Source: Basidiobolus meristosporus CBS 931.73
Taxonomy: Eukaryota; Fungi; Basidiobolomycota
DNA length: 64,000 nt
Assembly: GCA_002104905.1 (NCBI GenBank)
Contig: MCFE01000190.1
Location: 62,001 to 126,000 of the forward strand
Reading direction: 5' to 3'
A program made the position numbers and the translations under genes. Shown in pieces: positions 59,835 through 64,000 of this stretch; the first letter of the stretch is position 1; every line of letters begins with the position of its first letter. A model generated the notes under the pieces. It was not told the origin of the DNA, ran no database searches, and was given only the letters and a program-made list of their open reading frames with translations.

Positions 59835-60992
59835 TGTAAGATATGGGGCATCGGGGGATCCTTTTGATTTCATTGTTTATTGTTCATCTGACTTCAATGT
59901 ATATTTTGTTTCTATTTCAGCTATGTACATGCTACATCATTCACTTCTTGCAACTCTCATTAACTCACAGCAGCGTTTTTCTCTTATCAACCTACATTTT
60001 GACTGATTGATTCATCAAAACCCAATAAAAACTTATCAACAATATACCAGATCTTCCGCTTTGCATTTCTACGGTTAGAAGCATTTGGAGGTCAGCTATT
60101 TTTTGTGCGGCATTTTCCCTAATTGGGCGGTCCAAGATGTCTTGTTTTATCAACAGATCTCACCCAGATTTGGTCAGATAGCGATGCCAAACTGAGGTCA
60201 TACTAATATATCCTGTTTTGCATCGACATACCAGAATTTGGCATGAGTGTCAAACCGGCACAACTAGTACTGAGGAATCAAGTATGTTTTCCCACTGATG
60301 AACACTCGAATTCAGACAGCCCACTTACCGTTCTAAGCTATGAGATTCAGCGAATGAAGATTGATATGAAATGAGGGACCTATTTGATATCTGTATAGAC
60401 AATAGAAGACCCTGTCCACACCACTTTTACCCTGCATCTTCGTTCGAAATCTTGCTCCAAGCTTTGCTCTCTGGTGCAAGCATAAGTTCACACAAGTTGT
60501 TGTGAATAAATGCCAAAAGACTGGGCAAGCCAACAGCCTCCCTAGTATTTTCCCTTTGACTATTTTCTCAAGAATCTGCATTCCTCGCTGTATACAGTGA
60601 TTAGGTAGACTTCGTTGTGATTGAATTTGTTTGAAGAAATGTAGTCAGCATTGTTTTGCTGTAAGTAATGTTTGATCTAAAGCAAGTAGCTATTTACCGT
60701 GCTGGTAAAGTGGATACTCAGTGGTTGATGTATTGTCAAGTTTTAATCCTTATCAATCCCAGGAATATGCAGACGTATTAAGATGCAGTCACACAGTAAT
60801 GGTAGGTGAGATCCAATACATTTTAAAAAAAAATGGAAACATGTTTTGACCTGTATCCAGCTAGTGCACATATTTAAAATGGAGACATTTGAAACTAAAA
60901 AGTACGTTTTTCCCGGTCACTGATAGCACAATATTCAACATTCGGATATCCAAATTTCTTGCGAGAAGGAGTAATAAGAGGAAGCTCTGATT

Positions 60993-63082
60993 ATGGCAAA
61001 ACGAAACACTGATCCGACAGTGGAAAGAGCCCTAAATACCACTATGTATGACCCTCAAGAAGCTATTTCCCGCCATAGTGCTCAGCCTCAGGCCATGTCT
61101 TCATCAAGTCAAGTAGGACGAGTACCCCCACCGATTCCCTCTCGAGCGACAAAGCCCCCACCACGAATAACAAGACCATCGCTTTCTCCAATACTGCCGC
61201 CACATCATACTTCTCAGCAACCAAATTCTCAGCAGAGAGTTACTTCAACTGTTGAGATACCTAGTATAGCAATTGAAACCATGACGTCTCCAACCCTTCA
61301 GCCTGCGATGACTGGGAATGCTGAAACCACCCCTGCAAGTACTCGTTTTGCCAATATCCCGCCGACCACCAGTAACACTCGCTTCAATTTTCGCTCGAGA
61401 TTTAGAGATTGGGTTGCGGTAGTGCTTTTTTGGATTCATATTGGTGGATACGTTGTGATTTCCTATTTCGCGTTTAAAGGTATATCCTCACCAGTGAGAA
61501 ATTCGGCCGGTTTATCGGACCCTTTGTTTGGATCGAACTCACTAAAAATGTACGGTATTGTCTGCTTGATTGGGCTGTTCTTCAGCCTCGTTTGGATTGT
61601 ACTACTTGTAAGGTAGGTATCAAAGGACTTAGATATCCTATGGTACATTCACTCTGACACAATGCCACATAGATTCTCGAGGGCTTTTATGCTGTCGATC
61701 TATGGAATATCTGTCTTGGTATTCCTTGGGGTGACTATTATGCTTGGAGTGTTCAAGATGTACGTACTATTGGTGATAACAGCGTTCTTGGCGATATTCT
61801 ATATGGGGAATTGGTGGTTATGGAGAAGCAGATTATGCTTTACCTCCAACCTGATCAACAGCATTGCCCGTGTTGCAGCAAAATATCCGATGATTTGGAT
61901 ATTAACTGCGTTGGGGCTGCTATTTCATACTGCTTTCAGCGCCTGGTGGTTCATCGTGGTATGGTGAGCCTTGATATTTCTGATATGACACTTCTAATAT
62001 GCTCTTTTTTGCATAGATGATGGGCTCCTATCAGTTTTTTGGGGGATTAGTCTGCTCATCATCTTATGACGAGACTACTGGCTCTACTATTACTTCTTGC
62101 ACCAACATTGTATTGACACTGATTCTCTTGTACTCCATCTTTGCCTTCTACTGGATAAGCCAAGTAAGTTCAGAGGCTTTGTTGGGATGGTAATTCGAGT
62201 GATATCTAAACGTATTGCTTCTTAGGTGGTCAGATACGTCATTCATGTCTCGGTTGCTGGAATATTCAGCTCCCATTATTTGGTATGTAACCATGCCGAA
62301 TTGCGGTACCCAAGTATCCGGAGCGTCCTTAGAGCATCCACAGCCTCTTTCGGGAGTATATGCTACGGCTCCTTGATACTCCCAACAGTACGCTCCTCGA
62401 CTTCCCTTGTATTGTGCGTCACAGGTGAGAATAGGGGATGCTTCTCTGGACTAAGCAACTTCTTCCTCAAGTCGGCAAGCTTCGTCAATGTTTATGGGTT
62501 TACCCATATTGCCATATATGGAAAGTCATATTGTTTAGCTGCACAGGTATTGGAAATACATATTTCATGTGGAGGGTGATTCCATTCTAACACCCTATGC
62601 ATAGGACTCGTGGAATGCCATCCATGATAAGAAAATATCCACTCCATTAAATCAAGGACTAGCAGGAAGCGTAATCATGCTTGGTAAACGAATCCGTTAC
62701 AAACCACCTAGAGCTATAGGTTCTACGCTGACGATGATTTTACTCTATGCTCTAGCAAACCTACTTTTGGGAACTCTAGTGGGATTGTTCACTTTCCTAT
62801 ACCTGACTATGACGGTACCGGAAATCACCCATCAACGCACCTTAATTACCTGCCTTACCCTCTACTCCGGCATAGTGGGATTCAGCTTCTTTAACTTGAC
62901 TTCCGAATGGGTTCAAGCTGGTAACATTGCTACGTTTGTCGCTATAACAGAAGACTTGGACCTATTTTCCAGCCTTAACCCGGCCCTGATCGAAATGGTA
63001 AGCATTGACGAAAGTGTGTATCGGCACTGGTGCTGACTTTCAAAACCGTCTTTAGATCGAGAAGGAGGGCGGCCTCGGTTGA
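60993..63082 (+). CDS. CTL/SLC44 choline-transporter-like protein (Pns1-like); exons 60993-61612, 61673-61958, 62017-62163, 62226-62546, 62605-62683, 62756-62997, 63056-63082 (last exon tentative)
   Basis: FRDWVAVVLF, RSRLCFTSNLI, FYWISQV|VRYVIHVSVAG, RASTASFGSICYGSLI, NVYGFTHIAIYGKSYCLAA are family motifs; phases consistent. Confidence 0.88.
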
Positions 63083-63727
63083 ATAGTGTTGGACAACGAT
63101 GTTCCGCGTGGTTACGGCCATAAAGATAGAGTTTGTCGGTTAATTTGGATATCTCACACCCCTCTCCATGATATTTGTGGAAGCTTAGGTGAAATGAAAC
63201 TCATCTTGATATTACCTTTAATGTCTCCACTCTAACATAAAAAGAATCATTCATTTCTGATTCGTGAGGCAACTGTTTCGATGCATAATAGAACATCGTT
63301 GGGTAGTACCAAAGCATCTTATGAATGATCCAAATATTACCAACCTAAATAAACTCTTTTCATAACATACTTTCGGGCGATATGGTGTTCTTGAAAGTAT
63401 TAAGAACTTCGCACCTATTTTGGGGTTTTCTAGAAGGCGTAACTGCCAGCAAAATCAAATTGATATCTAATTAAGGAAACTGAATATGGCGGCCGATGGC
63501 TGCATCGTATTTGCTAGAGCGAAGAAGCTACCATGGACCGTCTTTCGAGATGGCAACGTGGAGGGAATTACATAAACTGGCTCGCCAGAATTTATTTCTT
63601 CTATTTCACAAAGATCATAATACAATACTTGCTTGTACGCTACGGGGTGACAGTTGAATTTGAAAATCACGGAAACTCATCAACCAAGTCATATAAGCTG
63701 TCTGGGAATAGGAAGGCCTATTTGACT

Positions 63728-64000
63728 TTAGTACACTCGCTCGTAGTTGGGTAACATCAGCTCTCGGTAGGAAGGTAAAGTGTGTGCTGCTCGAGAATAT
63801 CTTGGCGGCGCGTTATATTGACTACTCAGTTTGGGAATAATCACGATAGGAAGGCTGGTCCTGACCGTACTACGTGCACCGTAAGCGTCGGAAAACTCAA
63901 TCTTCGCGATAACTTTATGCTCTACTTGAATGAACGAGCTCTCTGCGTCGTACGACATGATTCTTTCGTTAGGTACAAACAGTGACCATGTTTTTTTGAA
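63728..64000 (-). CDS. 3' end of a probable alpha-arrestin (ART-like ubiquitin-ligase adaptor); continues beyond the window
   Basis: Frame open to the window edge; SYDAESSFIQVEHKVIAKIEF...LPIVII (arrestin C-fold end) then PY motifs PPRY, LPSY, LPNY. Confidence 0.65.
   Translation of the reverse strand, partial: FKKTWSLFVPNERIMSYDAESSFIQVEHKVIAKIEFSDAYGARSTVRTSLPIVIIPKLSSQYNAPPRYSRAAHTLPSYRELMLPNYERVY

Overview
Eukaryotic genomic DNA with short (about 55-110 nt) GT-AG introns, most likely from an early-diverging fungus. A eukaryotic-type ferritin, a 7TM-RGS fusion and GPI-type CE4 deacetylases suggest Zoopagomycota/Mucoromycota (e.g. Basidiobolus-like); this assignment is inference. About 20 protein-coding genes are supportable: RPS16/uS9, a homeodomain TF, a Pcl/Clg1-type cyclin, ferritin, a 1234-aa SUN-domain protein, an EI24-family membrane protein, a MOT1-family molybdate transporter, two CE4 polysaccharide (chitin) deacetylases, UDP-glucose 4-epimerase, a 7TM-RGS receptor, an ATF/CREB bZIP, a small membrane protein, an S1/P1 nuclease, an ATO/Ady2 transporter, a Cys-rich type I membrane protein, an ankyrin protein, a CTL/Pns1 transporter and the 3' end of a probable alpha-arrestin. 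Intergenic DNA holds decayed transposons (hAT-like, MULE-like) and a 349-bp TGTTG...CAACA repeat with TATA and AATAAA that looks like a Ty1/copia LTR. The most striking structure is at 9.8-12.3 kb: about seven LTR copies form a mirror-symmetric, foldback-like palindrome around a copia element reduced to PBS, gag stub, RNase H tail and PPT, and one copy carries a 45-bp micro-inversion. No tRNA, rRNA or CRISPR features were recognised. All alignments were done by eye; no database searches were run.
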